From assembly GCF_009914755.1 (NCBI RefSeq), contig NC_060927.1: 64,000 bases of DNA. The stretch is one strand, 5' to 3'. The position numbers and the translations under genes were made by a program. The stretch comes from the human T2T-CHM13v2.0 reference genome, Homo sapiens. The notes beneath the pieces were generated by a model. The model was not told the DNA's origin and ran no database searches. It was given only the letters and a program-made list of their open reading frames with translations. Of the stretch, positions 14,890 through 28,200 are shown piece by piece. The stretch's first letter is position 1. Every line of letters begins with the position of its first letter.

Positions 14890-15726
14890 TAATCTAGAAT
14901 ATATAAAGAACTCTTCATACAAATGAACAATTAAAAGACAAATAATCCAATTTAAAAATGGGCAAAAGATCTGAATAAGCATTTCTCCAAGGAAGACATA
15001 CAAAGGGCCAATAACCACATAAAAAGATGTTCAACATCATCAGCTATAAGGGAAATGCAAACTAAAATCACAATGAGATACCACTTAATACCCCCTAGTA
15101 CGGCTATAATCAAAAAGTCAGATAATAGCAGGTGATGGCAAGGATGCTGAAAAACTAGAACCCTTTTACACTGCTGGTGGAAATGTAAAAGGGTGCAGCC
15201 CCTTTGGAAAACAGTCTAATAGTCCTAAAAAGGTTAAACATAAATTTATATGACCCAGCAATTCCAAATCTAGTATATTAACAGCAGCATTATTCATATT
15301 AGCCAAAAAGTGGAAACAACACAAATGTCCATCAACTGATAAATGGATACACAAAATGTGGTATATCCATACAACGGAATATTATCTGGCAACAAAAGGA
15401 ATAAAGAACAGATACATGCTCTAACATGGATGAATCTTAAAAACATCACACTAAGTAAAAAAAAAAAAGTTGCAAAAAAATTTATATTATATACTCCTAT
15501 TTATATGAAATTAAATAGGAGTGATTGCCTAGGCCAGGGGGATCTGGGAGAAATAGAGAATGACTGCTAATGGGTGAGTTTCTTTTTTAGGTGATAATAT
15601 GTCTCAAACTAATTATAGTGATAGTTGGTTATCTCTTTAATTATACTTTAAAAATCACTGAATTGTACACTGTAAATGATTGAATTCCTTGATATGTGAA
15701 TTACATTTCATAAAGCTATTTTAAAA
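14890..15726 (+). mobile_element. L1M (L1MB/MC-like) 3' fragment
   Basis: aaaatgggcaaaagatctgaataagcatttctccaaggaagacatacaa...; ends gtgaattacatttcataaagct. Confidence 0.85.
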
Positions 15727-15829
15727 TTTCAGACTCTAAGCTGTTAAAACCAAAGTGCCAGGGTCTTTAGGTACCTTATCTCCAATCTTAAATACTTTAA
15801 CATTGTCTTTGAATTTGGTCTTCGATTGT

Positions 15830-16212
15830 AATGTAGTTTGGAAATTTGTCCCCATCCAATTCTCATGTTGAATTTGTAAACCCCAATGCTGGAGGTGGGG
15901 TCTGATGGAAGGTGTTTGGATCCCTCAAAGCATGGTGCTGTCTTCGCAATAGTGAGTTCTTGCAAGATCTGGTCATTTAAAAGTGTGTGGCACCTCCTCC
16001 CCATTCTCTCACTCCATTGCTCCTGCTTTCGCCATGTGATGTGCCCCTTTTCCTGTTGGCCCTCTGCAATGATTGAAAGTTCCCTGAGGCTTCACCAGAA
16101 TCTGAGCAGATGCCAGCACCATGTTTCCTGTGAAGCCTGCAGAAACTCTTTTCTTTATAAATTACCCAGTCTCAGGTATTTCTTTATAGCAATGCAAGAA
16201 CGGCCTCAGACA
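15830..16212 (+). mobile_element. MST (MSTA-like) solo LTR
   Basis: tctcatgttgaatttgtaaaccccaatgctggaggtgggg...ttataaattacccagtctcaggtatttctttatagcaatg. Confidence 0.8.
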
Positions 16213-16759
16213 AAATGTTAAAAGGGAAACTGGAGTTTCTTGTGGCTTAAGAAATTATGCAATTGAAGACTGCTATACCTTGAATGAGATGTCCAGGAAA
16301 ACACTTCCACCAGTGGGTTAGTATCTCTCTTTTTACGTGAACAGACGGTTCACCAGAGAGGAACTCCAAGTGGATGCTAAGCTAAAAAGCTTGCAAAAAA
16401 TTAAAGAAATGCAAGTTAAAATGAAATTCAATCTTTTTGGCTTACAATACTGATAAAAAGACCAGGATTGGAAAATTTGTGGTTAATGAGGGAATTCACA
16501 TGCACTGCTCCAGGAAACAGAAATTTGTACAACCATTTGGAAGGCAATTTGGCAATAGCTATTAAAAATTTTCATGTTCATATCCTTTTACTTAGAAATT
16601 CTCTTCTAGGAGTTTATTCTTCAGACATTCTTGCTCAATTGGGTATTTGTAATACTAAAAAACTGGAAACAAACCAGATGTAATAATAAAAGATTGGTTA
16701 AATAAAAATACAGTTTGTCCACTCAATAGAATATCTGATGGTTGTTAAAATAATGAATG

Positions 16760-16881
16760 GAGCCAGGCATGGTGGAGTGGCTTGGAAGGCTGAGGCACAA
16801 GAATCACTTGAGCCCAGGAGTTCAAGTTCAGCCTGGGCAACAAAGCAAGATTCTGTCTTTAAAAACAAAAACAAACAAACA
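16760..16881 (+). mobile_element. Alu monomer (FLAM-like) within an old L1 fragment
   Basis: gagcccaggagttcaagttcagcctgggcaac followed by an A-rich tail. Confidence 0.75.
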
Positions 16882-17090
16882 ATGAGGTGGTTTGACACGT
16901 GCTCACATAGAAAGGTGGCCAAGATGTATTGTTCAACAAAAAAGGCAAGTTAGGATTTAGTAGTATGTGCTCACAATGTTAATACATTCATAGGAAAAAT
17001 ACCAAGGAATGTATTCTCAGTTTAATGACATATCTTAGAGTGATGGGATTTCCATTTTCTAAATTACACATATCTTTCAAGTTTTAGGGT

Positions 17091-17123
<33 letters not shown>

Positions 17124-17607
17124 TACAAACAATATGCATTAGTTTCACAAGCACAGAAAGGAAAGATTTTTTTTCAAAGGAGAACGGTCCCTTCCCTTTG
17201 TGTGGTTCACTGAAGCATGGGGAGGAGGGTGGACAGGAGATAGAAATTACAACTGTTTCCAATAACTAGGAATAGTGGCTGCTTCCTACCTTCCACCATA
17301 AAAAGTCTCTGCCCCACTTTTCTCATCTCCCACAGCCCTTCCTTTCTCTACTCTCAAACTTAACGACTCCCTACCTCAAGCCACTGAAGAGTAATCAGTT
17401 CCCCTGCCTTTACCCTGTTAGGGCACAAGCTCCTAGAAGACAAAGGACTCTGCCTAGGTTATCTCCACAGCCCAAAGGACAATGTCTGTACACAATGTTC
17501 TAGAGAGTTTCAGCAGCATGTCGGGGCTTTTAAGAAACAGTTTTTGTTTTAAAAGTTTTTAAATGGTTTTTGTTTTAAAATTCAAAGAGTACAAAAAGAT
17601 ACAGTTA

Positions 17608-17793
<186 letters not shown>

Positions 17794-18079
17794 TCAGTTC
17801 CCAGTAGCCCATCAATGACCAGTGTCTTGGCTATTCTTTCAGACAGGTCTACACAAATGCATGCATTCCTGTGGCCCCTTTTCCTTATGTAAATTGTAGC
17901 ATGCACTCTGTTCTGTAGCTTGCTTTTTTCCACTTACATAATGATGCAACTGTTTCATATTGGTACATACAAACATAGTTAACAACACCTTATTATTTTC
18001 TTAAATGCTTTCCAATGTTGCATCTTATGGATACACCATAACTTAGCCAGTCTCACCCCACAGATATCAAGTTTGTGTA

Positions 18080-18510
18080 TTATTTAGGATAAGGTCCAGC
18101 TGTACTCAAGATAACAGCGGCTTAAACAAAATTGTCTTTCTCTATCACAAAAATCTGTGGAAATAGATAGTACTTTTTTACAATTTGATATTATAAAGTT
18201 GCTCTGGTACTTTACAGTATCAAATGCCCATGTCTTGTTACTCCGCCATGCATGGCCTCATTCCCAAGTTCACCCATGGTCCCAGACAGCTGCTCCAACT
18301 CCCTCCCAGTGTCCACATTCCAGGCAGCAGAAGAAGGGGGGACAAAAGAGAAGACATGCCTTTCCCTTTAACTGTAATTCCCAGAAGGTGTATACTACGC
18401 ATACTTACATCCCATTGGCCCTATCTGAGTTATATGGGCATACTTTGTCACAAAGAAGGCTGGGAAATGTAGTCTTTACTCCAGACAGCTATGTGCCCAC
18501 CATAAATTGA
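18080..18510 (-). mobile_element. Old ERVL/MaLR LTR (MLT1K-like)
   Basis: aacagcggcttaaacaa...cccattggcc...aaggctgggaaatgtagtcttt. Confidence 0.55.
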
Positions 18511-18949
18511 GTTTATATATGTTGCTAGAGTATGTGGGGGAAAAGAGAATTGGAAATAATACAGTCTCTCATAAGTTACTTCCAATGCTGTGAAATTTAA
18601 TCAAAGCAACAAAGAACATTCCTATGTATCTGCTTTTGTACACTTATGTGAGAGTATTTTTGGACAACTTTCTACAAGAGGAATATAAGCAGCTTTAGAA
18701 AACCTATTCCAATTATTTCATTTTACAAATGAGGTTTAAGACCGAAAGGGGTAAAGTAACTTGCCAAAGTCAAACAATAGCTCCCAGAAAAGTAGGGTTG
18801 CCAGATAAAATACAGAACACCCAACGATATTAGAATTTCAGATAAACAACAAATAATTTTTAATGTAAGTATGTCACAGGTAACATTTGAGACATACTTA
18901 TACTAGAAAAGTATCCCTTGTTTTTCTGAAATTCAAATTTACTGAGTAT

Positions 18950-19038
18950 CATATAAATGTGTGTATATATACATATATATGTCATATATACACATACATA
19001 TACATATATATACATATATGTGTTTGTGTATATATATA
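18950..19038. repeat. (TA)n/(CATATA)n microsatellite
   Basis: Seen directly. Confidence 0.85.
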
Positions 19039-19331
19039 GTTTGTTTGTTTTTTTAGAGACAGGCTCTCATTCTGTTGGCCAGGCTGTAGTGCAGTAGCGG
19101 TATGATCATAGTTCACTGTAACTCCTGTGCTCAAGCAATCCCCTCACCTCAGCCTCCTAAACAGCTAGGACTGCAGGCATGTACCACCACACTCGAATAA
19201 TTTTGTAATTTATTTGAGACAGGATCTTGCTATGCTGCCCAGGCTAGCCTTGAACTCTTAGCCTCAGGCAATCCTCCCATTTCAGCCTCCCAAAGAGCTG
19301 GGATTATAGGCATGAGCCACCATGCATGGCT
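19039..19331 (-). mobile_element. AluJ
   Basis: gagacaggctctcattctgttggccaggctgtagtgcagt...gctcaagcaatcc. Confidence 0.88.
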
Positions 19332-20199
19332 GCATCCTGTATTTTTATTTGCTAGATCTGCCAACTTTACAGCAGAACCAGGTTTAGAACTTAAATCTGC
19401 TGATGTTTAGTCCCAGTTCTTCCTCTGTACAAGATGGCCATGTCAAGTGGGCACAGGTAATAAATGAGGTGGAGCCAACAAAGCATACTACAAATCCCCA
19501 GGCAAACAAAATACCTTCCTACCGCAGGGCTCAAACATCATGCTATTCATGCCATATGCTTAATGAATTGAATTTTTCTGTCATAGATACATGGGTAACA
19601 AACCAGCCACTCTACAGAGGTTACAGTAAATGCTTCAATCCAAAACCATTAGAGCCTGCGTACTTCTATTCAAAATAACATTAGCCTTACATTAATGCAG
19701 ACTCACAGAGGCTGAAAGTAGGCAAGTCCTTCCAGAGTTCTGGCTTATTACACATGCAGGGAAGGATGCAAGCATGGACTATAGATATGCTAAGCACTCA
19801 AAACACCTTTGAAATTCACAGTCACTTCATAGTAGTTGATAATGTCAATGTCGGCATGGGGAACCAAGCTGAAAATCTCAATTACATCAATAAATTATTT
19901 CATTACATTCTCTATATATAGCTTAAAAAATTAAAACTTCACTAATAAATTAGAACCTTCCCATATCCCTTCTTCATGATTATAAATATACCAAGACTAG
20001 ATAAAGAGTACTGCAGAATGTTTCATATAACAAGATTTTACAGGTACATTTTACAACAAAGAAATCAAGAACCTTAGTTCTAAGCACATTTTTTATTCCA
20101 AATAATGTATATTATTTCCCTAAAAGAGAACTACCCTGAAGAAATAACTTTCCAAAATTTAGCACAAACCTCTCCCATGAAAAAAAAAGGAACTTGGTT

Positions 20200-20800
20200 T
20201 TTATTCAGCCTCTAGATTCAACCAGAAATTTCCAGGAAACACAAAGAACAGAGTAACAATTTAAACTCTCTGCAGGGATGCAATCAACAAAATCCAGGCT
20301 GGAGGGAAACTATAGGACAAACAATCTGGTCTCTTCAATAACTAAATAACAAATGGAAAAAAGTAAGTGAGCCTTTTAAAATATTAACCAACACAATGTG
20401 TGGTCCTTATTTGAATTCTGATTTAAGCAAATTTCAAAAAAAAAAAACTATAGCACTTATGAGACAACTGGAAATTGAACACTGCCTGAATATTTGGTGG
20501 TATTAAAGAAATATTGCTAATTTTCCAGGGCATGTGATAACAGTATTATATTTAGAACTTTTTTAAAGGTCCTTATCTTTTATAGATAGAGACTAAAACG
20601 TTTATGGAGGAACTGATAGGATATCTGAAATCTGCTTCAAAATATTAGATGAGGAGCTGGTAGTTGGGGTTTGGATGGTGTAGAAGTGACCACAGGTTGA
20701 TGGATTAAGGAAAGGTGATGGTTATGGGGGCTGAGGGGGTCACAGAAATAGAAACACTATTCTGTTTATATTTCTCCATGTCCAAAATTTTCCATAAAAT
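20200..20800 (+). mobile_element. Old L1 (L1MC/ME) fragment
   Basis: caatgtgtggtccttatttgaattctgattt...gagacaactggaaattgaacactg...ccttatcttttatagata. Confidence 0.55.
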
Positions 20801-22098
20801 TTTTCTAGTACATGCCAAAAAATTAAACTAAAATCTGAGCAGTATAGTTATAAATATCTGAAATATAGTAATACTATATCAGAAGAAAATAATTTAAGCA
20901 ATTTCACTATTTCATATCCTACTGTGAACAATGCATTAATCCAAAACCCTGTGTGCTGAATATTTTTCAGAAGGAAGGGTCTGACTTGACTGTAATGAAT
21001 TAAAAGGAGGAAAAGTATTACATGCTAAGGTTACTTCAAGCACATTTAATTTTCCTACAAATCTGCAATATCAAGACCTTTTTTCTAAAAACCAATTACT
21101 ATTTTCCACCAATAAACTGTAAACAAAATTCTAATGAATGACTTTGCTAATACCTGTTTTTGCTATGTTCATTACTCTGTGGCCCAGATTTTAGTCTGAT
21201 ACGTAAGTGGAACATCAATCAAATATCAAAAGAGAAGAAAAATTTAGTCTGACGTATGCTAAGAAATCTATGTTCCAAACTTCTTTTTAAAAAGGGATGC
21301 CAATGAGAGAAACCCCAACACCCATACTGTGAAACAATTTGTATCAGCTTTATTAACCATGATCTTGCAAAAAAAGCTACTTTATTCTTGTAACACCCTC
21401 TCTGGTTTGTTTTTTCCCACTAGCAATTGCATGAAAAGGGAAAAGCAGGAAAGTCCCAAGACTGTACAATCTAAACAATGCCTAGGGAAACAGTCTGTGA
21501 ACTTTTCTAGCTCTACTTGAACCTATGTATCACAAAAGCTCGAATAATTTTCAATTAGGCCAGTGCTACCACTACCTGGAGGTATAAAATGCATACTGCC
21601 TTTTTACCAATAAACATTGTTTGGTCTAGGCATCTTGTGAAGTAAGTAGACTACACAGGAGTTAGTTACTCTTACTTTACAAATTAATCAACTGAGATTC
21701 TGAATTAACAGATTTTTCAAGAAAGAGTAAAAGAGTGGTTGACTTAAACCCAAATTCCCTAAAAACTAGTCCCAATATTCATCCATCTCCCCACATGTAA
21801 ACATATGGTCATGTATAAATCTTTTTCTATGTAAATTATGCTCTGTAACCCAATCAATATTTATTTCTATCATCAACATCCTTCCATACATCAAAGCCTA
21901 CTTTATCATGCAGATAGCTGCAGAATATTCCACAGCAGAAATGTGCCAATCTTTGAAGTTGCATAGTTTCATTCCAAATTTCAATGATGTTATCATAAAT
22001 TTGCAGGTATATATATCTACATGAATCTGTACCATTTATTCTGCAGAATTTATTCTCCAGAATAAATTCTTAGAAGTAGAATAGCTGCTGGGCAAAGG

Positions 22099-22919
22099 TG
22101 ATGCAAAACTGGAGCTTAGCCCAGGAGGGTTCTTGCCTTCACCCAGGAAAGATTTCAAGGGCAACCTAGTGGTGTTAGACTGCAACTTTTATTGAAGCAG
22201 CAGTGTACAGCAGCAGCAGAAGCAGGGCCACCCCATAGGCAGTGTATTTTTCTGTTCTCACACCGCTAATACATACATACCCGAGACTGGGTAATTTATA
22301 AAGGAAAGAGGTTTAATTGACCCACAGTTCCACATGGCTGGGAAGCCTCACAATCATGGCAGAAGGCAAAGGGGAAGCAAGACATGTCTTACATGGCAGC
22401 AAGCAAGAGAGCTTGTGCAGGGGAACTCCCATTTATAAAACCATCAGATCTCATAAGACTTATTCACTAATTCACTACCACAAGAACAGTATAGGGGAAC
22501 CACCCCCATGATTCAATTATCTTCACCTGGACCAGCCCTTGATACATAGGGATTATTAAAATTCAAGGTGAGATTTGGGTGGGGACAGAGCCAAACCATA
22601 TCAGGCAGTGTGCCCAGAGTGGCAGCTCAGGGGCAGTTCTGCAGCTATATTTATAATGCACTTTTAATTACATGCAAATTAAGGGGCAGATTATGCAGAA
22701 ATTTCTAGAAAATGGGTAGTAACTTCTAGGTCTTCAGGTCATTGCCATGGAAAGGAGTGGTAACCTCCCTTTGTTGCCATGGTAATGGTAAACTGACATG
22801 GCACAGATGGGCATGTCTTATGGAGAGATGCTTTCATCTCTTCCCTGTTTCAGCTAGTCTTCTATCTGGTCCTGAGTTCAAATCCCCATCTCCAAAGTCA
22901 AGTCCCGCCTCCTATCTCA
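22099..22919 (-). mobile_element. ERV1 solo LTR (MER50-like), interrupted by THE1
   Basis: TG...CA ends; 4-bp TSD AAGG at 22095-22098 and 22920-22923; end agtcccgcctcctatctca. Confidence 0.7.
22243..22603 (-). mobile_element. THE1 solo LTR
   Basis: catacccgagactgggtaatttataaaggaaagaggtttaattgac...ccaaaccatatca; 5-bp TSD GGCAG at 22238-22242 and 22604-22608. Confidence 0.92.
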
Positions 22920-23272
22920 AAGGGTGTGTGCACTTAAGTATTGATTATAACAGCAACCTGCCCCCTAGGAGGGCTAGTGCAACTTACAACCCCACTAACA
23001 GTGATTAGGGTCCATCTCACTTCTCCTCCCACCACTGTGTATTAAGCTTTGCATATGATAGCTGAAACTTCGGCAATATGATAGCTAAATATAATCTCAT
23101 TGTTTTAACCTACACATATTTTATTAGCAGTAAGGTTGAGCATCATTCCCTAAATTTTGTTTGGTTGGTTGTATTTTTTTTCTGGGAATTGTCTATGCTT
23201 GTTTTCACTAATTTTTCTACTCTATTTTTAATCTTTTATTATTGATTTATAAAAGCTCTGTATAAGTTAAGG

Positions 23273-23487
23273 CAGGGTTCCTCTACCTCAGCACTATTGA
23301 CATTTTGGGCTGGATAATTCTTTGTTGCAAGGGACTCTTCTCAGCACTGTGGGATATTTAGCAGCATCCCTGGCCTCGACCCGTTAAATGCCAGTGGCGC
23401 TCCTCCCAACTGTGGTAACCAAAAATGTCTCCAGACATTGCCACTTGTCCTTGGGGGAGCAAAACTGTCCCTAGCTAAGAACCACTG
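23273..23487 (-). mobile_element. MER20
   Basis: gcactattgacattttgggctggataattctttgttg...aaaaatgtctccagacattgcc...aagaaccactg. Confidence 0.85.
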
Positions 23488-23724
23488 TGTTAAGTAGATT
23501 AACCCTCCGTTCCAATTACATGCTACCTCCTCTTGGATCCACCTCCCCACTCAGTAGAAGTGCCCTTCTTCTGTATTCCTTATAGATGGTCATTGACTTA
23601 AATACTATTCTAATTTTCTAGATGCCTTCTCAGTACCAAACAGCTATAACTGTTTCAAAACTCATACAATGAAAGTGAAGTCTAAACTCTTTTAAGTTCC
23701 AATAGTTTCAGTTGTATCCTCTAG

Positions 23725-23928
23725 AATTGCATTGTCCAATACAGTAGACACTAGCCACATGTAACTATTTAAATTTAAATGAAATTAAATAAAATCAAAA
23801 ACTTGGTTTATCAGTCACACTAGACACCTTTCCAGTGCTCAATAGCCAGAAGCGGCAGGTGGTTACCACATGGGACAATGCAGATATAGAATATTCCCAT
23901 CCCTGCAGTGTTCCATTGGACAGAGCTC
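23725..23928. mobile_element. MER3-like hAT-Charlie element
   Basis: tgtccaatacagtagacactagccacatgt...ttccattggacagagct. Confidence 0.7.
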
Positions 23929-23934
23929 CTCTGG

Positions 23935-24100
23935 AGCCTTGCCACTCACAGTGTGGTCCACGGACCGGCAGTATCGGCATCATCTAAAAACTTCTTAGAA
24001 ATAAAGAATCCCAGGCCTCAACAGACCTATTAAATCCGAATCTTTATTTTAACGAGATCCCCAGGTAATTAGTGTGCATCCTAAAGTTTGAGAAGCACAG
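23935..24100. mobile_element. MER5A-like element
   Basis: gtgtggtccacggaccggcagtatcggcatca...aacgagatccccaggt...aaagtttgagaagcac. Confidence 0.75.
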
Positions 24101-24139
24101 TACCGAAAGACCCAAACATCTGAGGTCACTTATCAAATG

Positions 24140-24440
24140 TTCACTCATTCTAGAAGTCCATATTTCTCCAGACTAAACATCCTCAGCCTGTCATCATATG
24201 ATCTGGATTCCAAATCCCCATCAACCCAATTCTTCACTGTCCTCTATCATCTTCCAGTCTATAAAAGGACAGAAGGGAAGGCTGTGCTTCAGGAAAGGTC
24301 TGAAAGTGAGACCATCACTTTCTTTAAGCTGGATACCATGCTGCTTTCAATACAGCCTCAGTGTGCATTAGTTTTGTCTACATTTGATAATTTCCCATCG
24401 GCCACATCGCACCAGAGGTGCATAATAAACTTGTGATCAG
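24140..24440 (-). mobile_element. CR1/L3-like fragment
   Basis: ttctccagactaaacatcctcag...caatacagcctcagtgtgcattagttt. Confidence 0.45.
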
Positions 24441-24877
24441 CAGGTTCCTTGGGCCTTCTTCATGGAACTTCATGGTCACAAGTACCACAGACTTTTGCAC
24501 CCAATGACTGGGGGTCTTTAAGTTTTACAATGTTCTCAAATATATTCCATGTAAATGACTGAATCACGTAAACAGTGAAGAAAAGTATTAGACCTATGAC
24601 AACATCTGTAAGATTCTCTCTTGTTTTGTAAATCAATTAATATTATTTTTATTCTTCTAAATTAATTCTAATGATATTAAATTTTTGCAGTCATTCTTAT
24701 CCTTTTCTCATTTTGCTTTATCTTTTCTGTCTCATCCCTAGAAATTCCCTATTCGTATTGCCCTCATCATGCATATTAATTATTCAGTGTGGATAAATGT
24801 ACAAATGCACTAGGAAAATATATGTCGAATGACTCCTACAAAAAAGGCAACTTGGGTAAATCGAAGATATGCAGGGC

Positions 24878-25147
24878 ATTAGTGGGTACAAAAAATAGAA
24901 AAAAATGAATAAGACCCAGTATATGATAACACAACAGGGTGATTATAGTCAATAATAATTGTACATTTTAAAATAGCTAAGAGTATAATTAGATTGTAAC
25001 ATAAAGGATAAATACTTGAGGGAATGAATACCCCATTTTACACGTGATTATTATGCATTGCATGCCTGTAGCAAAACATGCCATGTATCCCATAAACATA
25101 TACACCTACTATGTACCCATAAAAATTTTTTTTAATTTAAAAAAAAA
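24878..25147 (+). mobile_element. 5'-truncated L1 (L1MA-like) 3' end
   Basis: atatacacctactatgtacccataaaaatt plus poly(A); TSD aagatatgca on both sides. Confidence 0.85.
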
Positions 25148-25574
25148 AAGATATGCAAGACAAGATCTCCTTTTTAAGGGGCTAATAATCCAGTGGAAAA
25201 AAGAAGTTTTCACACAAATAATTATAACAACAATATACAGCACATGCTATATAAGTGATACAATCAACATGCTGTAAAAAATTCAGATGAAGAAGCACCC
25301 AATTTCTGGCTGGGATAATTAGAAGGGGAAAAAACTTCTCAGAGGAAGTAGCATTTGTACTGGTTTGATGGATGGATAGGACTTCAACATGTGGGTGGGA
25401 AGGTTTGGGAGAATAGTCCTGGCAGACCAAGCGAACGCACAAGCAAGGGAGATGCAAATACAAATAGGTTGACTTTGGCCAAAGTAAAGGATGTGTGGGG
25501 AGAAACTAGGCAGAAAGGGCCAAAGCACAAAGGTTGGATACATTTGATGATGAAAAGAAAAAAGAATGGATGGA

Positions 25575-25858
25575 GGCCAGGCACGTTGGCTCATGCCTGT
25601 AATCCCAGCACCTTGGGAGGCCGAGACAGGCAGATCACTTGAGGTCAGGAGTTTGAGACCAGCCTGGTCAACATAGTGCAACCTTATCTCTACTAAAAAT
25701 ACAAAAATTAGCCGGGCATGGCGGTGGGTGCCTATAATCCCAGCTACTCGGGAGGCTTGAGCCTGGGAGGCAGAGGTTGCAGTGAGCCAAAATTGTGCCA
25801 CTGCATTCCAGCCTGAGTGACAGAGCAAGAATCCATCTCAAAAAAGGAAAAAAAAAAA
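25575..25858 (+). mobile_element. AluS with a ~17-bp right-arm deletion
   Basis: Dimer; ggaggct^tgagcc; TSD aaaaagaatggatgga/aaaaagaagggatgga. Confidence 0.9.
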
Positions 25859-25999
25859 GAAGGGATGGACCCAGACTGGGCAGTAGCCCTGATCAAAGTC
25901 AATGTTCACACAGTATCTAAGCCTGTCTATTATTAGGGTTGACTGAAAGGAAAGGAAAAGAATCAATGAATGTTCATTCATAATATATACCATAAGACA

Positions 26000-26093
26000 C
26001 ATAGATACATAGCATAGATAGATGGATAGATGGATGGAGATAGATAGATACATAGACAGATAGATAGATAGATAGACAGATAGATAGATAGAT
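26000..26093. repeat. Compound (GATA)n/(GATG)n/(GACA) tetranucleotide STR
   Basis: Seen directly. Confidence 0.9.
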
Positions 26094-26295
26094 GAAGAAA
26101 TAGATTAAATGTGTTTTAAATTTAAATGTCTGGATGCTATCTCATAATATGATAATACAGATCTCCTCCACTATTGGATATTTAGGTTAGTTCCCATCTT
26201 TTATCAATATTTAACATAGAACAATTGTGATGAACATCCTTTTACTCTGTGAACATGTAATTGCTAGAAGAGGAACTGGGTCAAAGGATATGAAC

Positions 26296-26609
<314 letters not shown>

Positions 26610-26898
26610 ACGATATGAACATTTTTAAGACTTTTGATATACATTTGCCAATTTCATTCCGGGTAGTAAGTACCCATTTATACCTCCAACATCAGTATGT
26701 GGGTTTGTTTATCCTACGTGGCTGTGTCCATCTCACCGAAAGAAGGTGGGATTCTGAACACTATACCTCCTTCTCCAGTGGTGTGAGGAGTCAGACCAGA
26801 GTAGGGAGGGGCTACAGGCCCCAGGGATGTACACAAAGGGGTCGAGGTAGAATAAATTTCACCCCCTTGTTGTAATTGTGGTGACTCCTCACACTCAT

Positions 26899-27073
26899 TA
26901 GGCTGGCTTCATGGGCATGGCCTGTGGAGCACACAGGGCCCAGACTTAGAAGAGCTCTGTGTTTGCTTTAATAAGGCTCTGCTATCACCATCTTGTAATT
27001 CCTAATAATTTTTGAACAAGGGCCCTGTATTTTCATTTTACACTGAGTCTTGCAAATAATGTAGCCAGTCCTG
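26899..27073. mobile_element. MER91-like hAT element
   Basis: aggctggcttcatgggcat...aataatttttgaacaagggccctg...atgtagccagtcctg. Confidence 0.6.
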
Positions 27074-27814
27074 CTCACACCCTACAGTGCCTAGGAGAGC
27101 ATGATGCACATAAGAGACATTCAAAACTTTCTCTAACTTGAACAGTATTATTGTGTTTATAGGAAAGAGAGAGGGAAAAAAATCAAACTCAATCTCAATA
27201 AATGCAAAAACTCTTAATTTTGTTATACAGACCAAGAGAAAAGTTAGATTAATTAGAAGTCAGAAAGTTGCAGAGGAGGCATGGAAAGAACAAACTAAAA
27301 AAAGTTTTAAAAATCCAGAGAGACAATAATTCAGAAAAACACTAAGTTCAAAGTAAATGAGAATCTGGCTTTTCTATATCATCTTCCCAGTGGATTCTTG
27401 AACTTAATAAATGTAATTTCTGCTTGGAAATTTTCCTGGAGGCCATCTGGAAAATTAAGACAGACAGGATAAGTGTCTTTTTATTATTCTGAGCCACATA
27501 AAACAACGCGTCTCAAGAGCTGGTAAAGACTATTCCAGAGGAACCCAAACCGCTAATCTCGCTACTCCCAACAACTTTCACCCACCCCCAAATTTAATAG
27601 ACTATTAGTATTCCTATTGTGAACACTGTCCTTTTTCCAAGTTTTATTTAAAGCTTAGAAGATCAAAAAGTATTAGAATTCTGCAGATGGATTCACAGGA
27701 GGGAGGCCCCAGACTTCATCAGGTCAGAAGCATTCTGAGGTTTAAGTCCAAGTCCACTTCCTTCTCACGTCCTCTCTAATTTCCATTCTGACATTCTTGA
27801 GAACATGCTCTTAA

Positions 27815-28200
27815 GTCTGGTCTCAATCAACCACTTCAGAACCACAGAGGGTATTTCTTATGAATGCTGATTTCTAGACCCCACACTGGACCTTCTGCAT
27901 CAGCATTTCTGGGACAAGAATCAGAAACCTATTCTTTTGACCAACTTTGGGTGAGTCTATCCACAAACCAGAACTTCTCACACTTATTGTACACACACAC
28001 ATCACCTGGGGATGTTGTGAAAATGCAGGTCTGATTCACTAAGTCTAGGTGGAGGGGTGAGAGTCTGCATTTCTAACAAGCCAAGAGCAGTAATTTCCAC
28101 CCTGACTGCACATTAGAGTCACATGGGGAGCTTGTAAAAATCCTGATGCCCAGAACAGGTCCTAGCAATTGAATCAGAATCTCCGATGATGGGCCCAGGG
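27815..28200. mobile_element. Cluster of MER5-like fragments
   Basis: atcacctggggatgttgtgaaaatgcag; ctgcatttctaacaag; tgactgcacattagagtcacatggggagctt. Confidence 0.6.

Larger units (their letters stand above)
18793..19369. mobile_element. MER53 palindromic hAT MITE, split by an Alu and a microsatellite
   Basis: tagggttgccagataaaatacag...gaaattcaaatttactg [insert] atcctgtatttttatttgctagatctgccaacttta. Confidence 0.8.

Noticed and set aside
25319-25828. 169-aa ORF and other Alu-overlapping ORFs (13547, 17612, 40643, 41112, 47280, 51016, 60751, etc.)
   Set aside because: They translate Alu sequence (e.g. [17 protein letters not shown]); no exon structure supports them.
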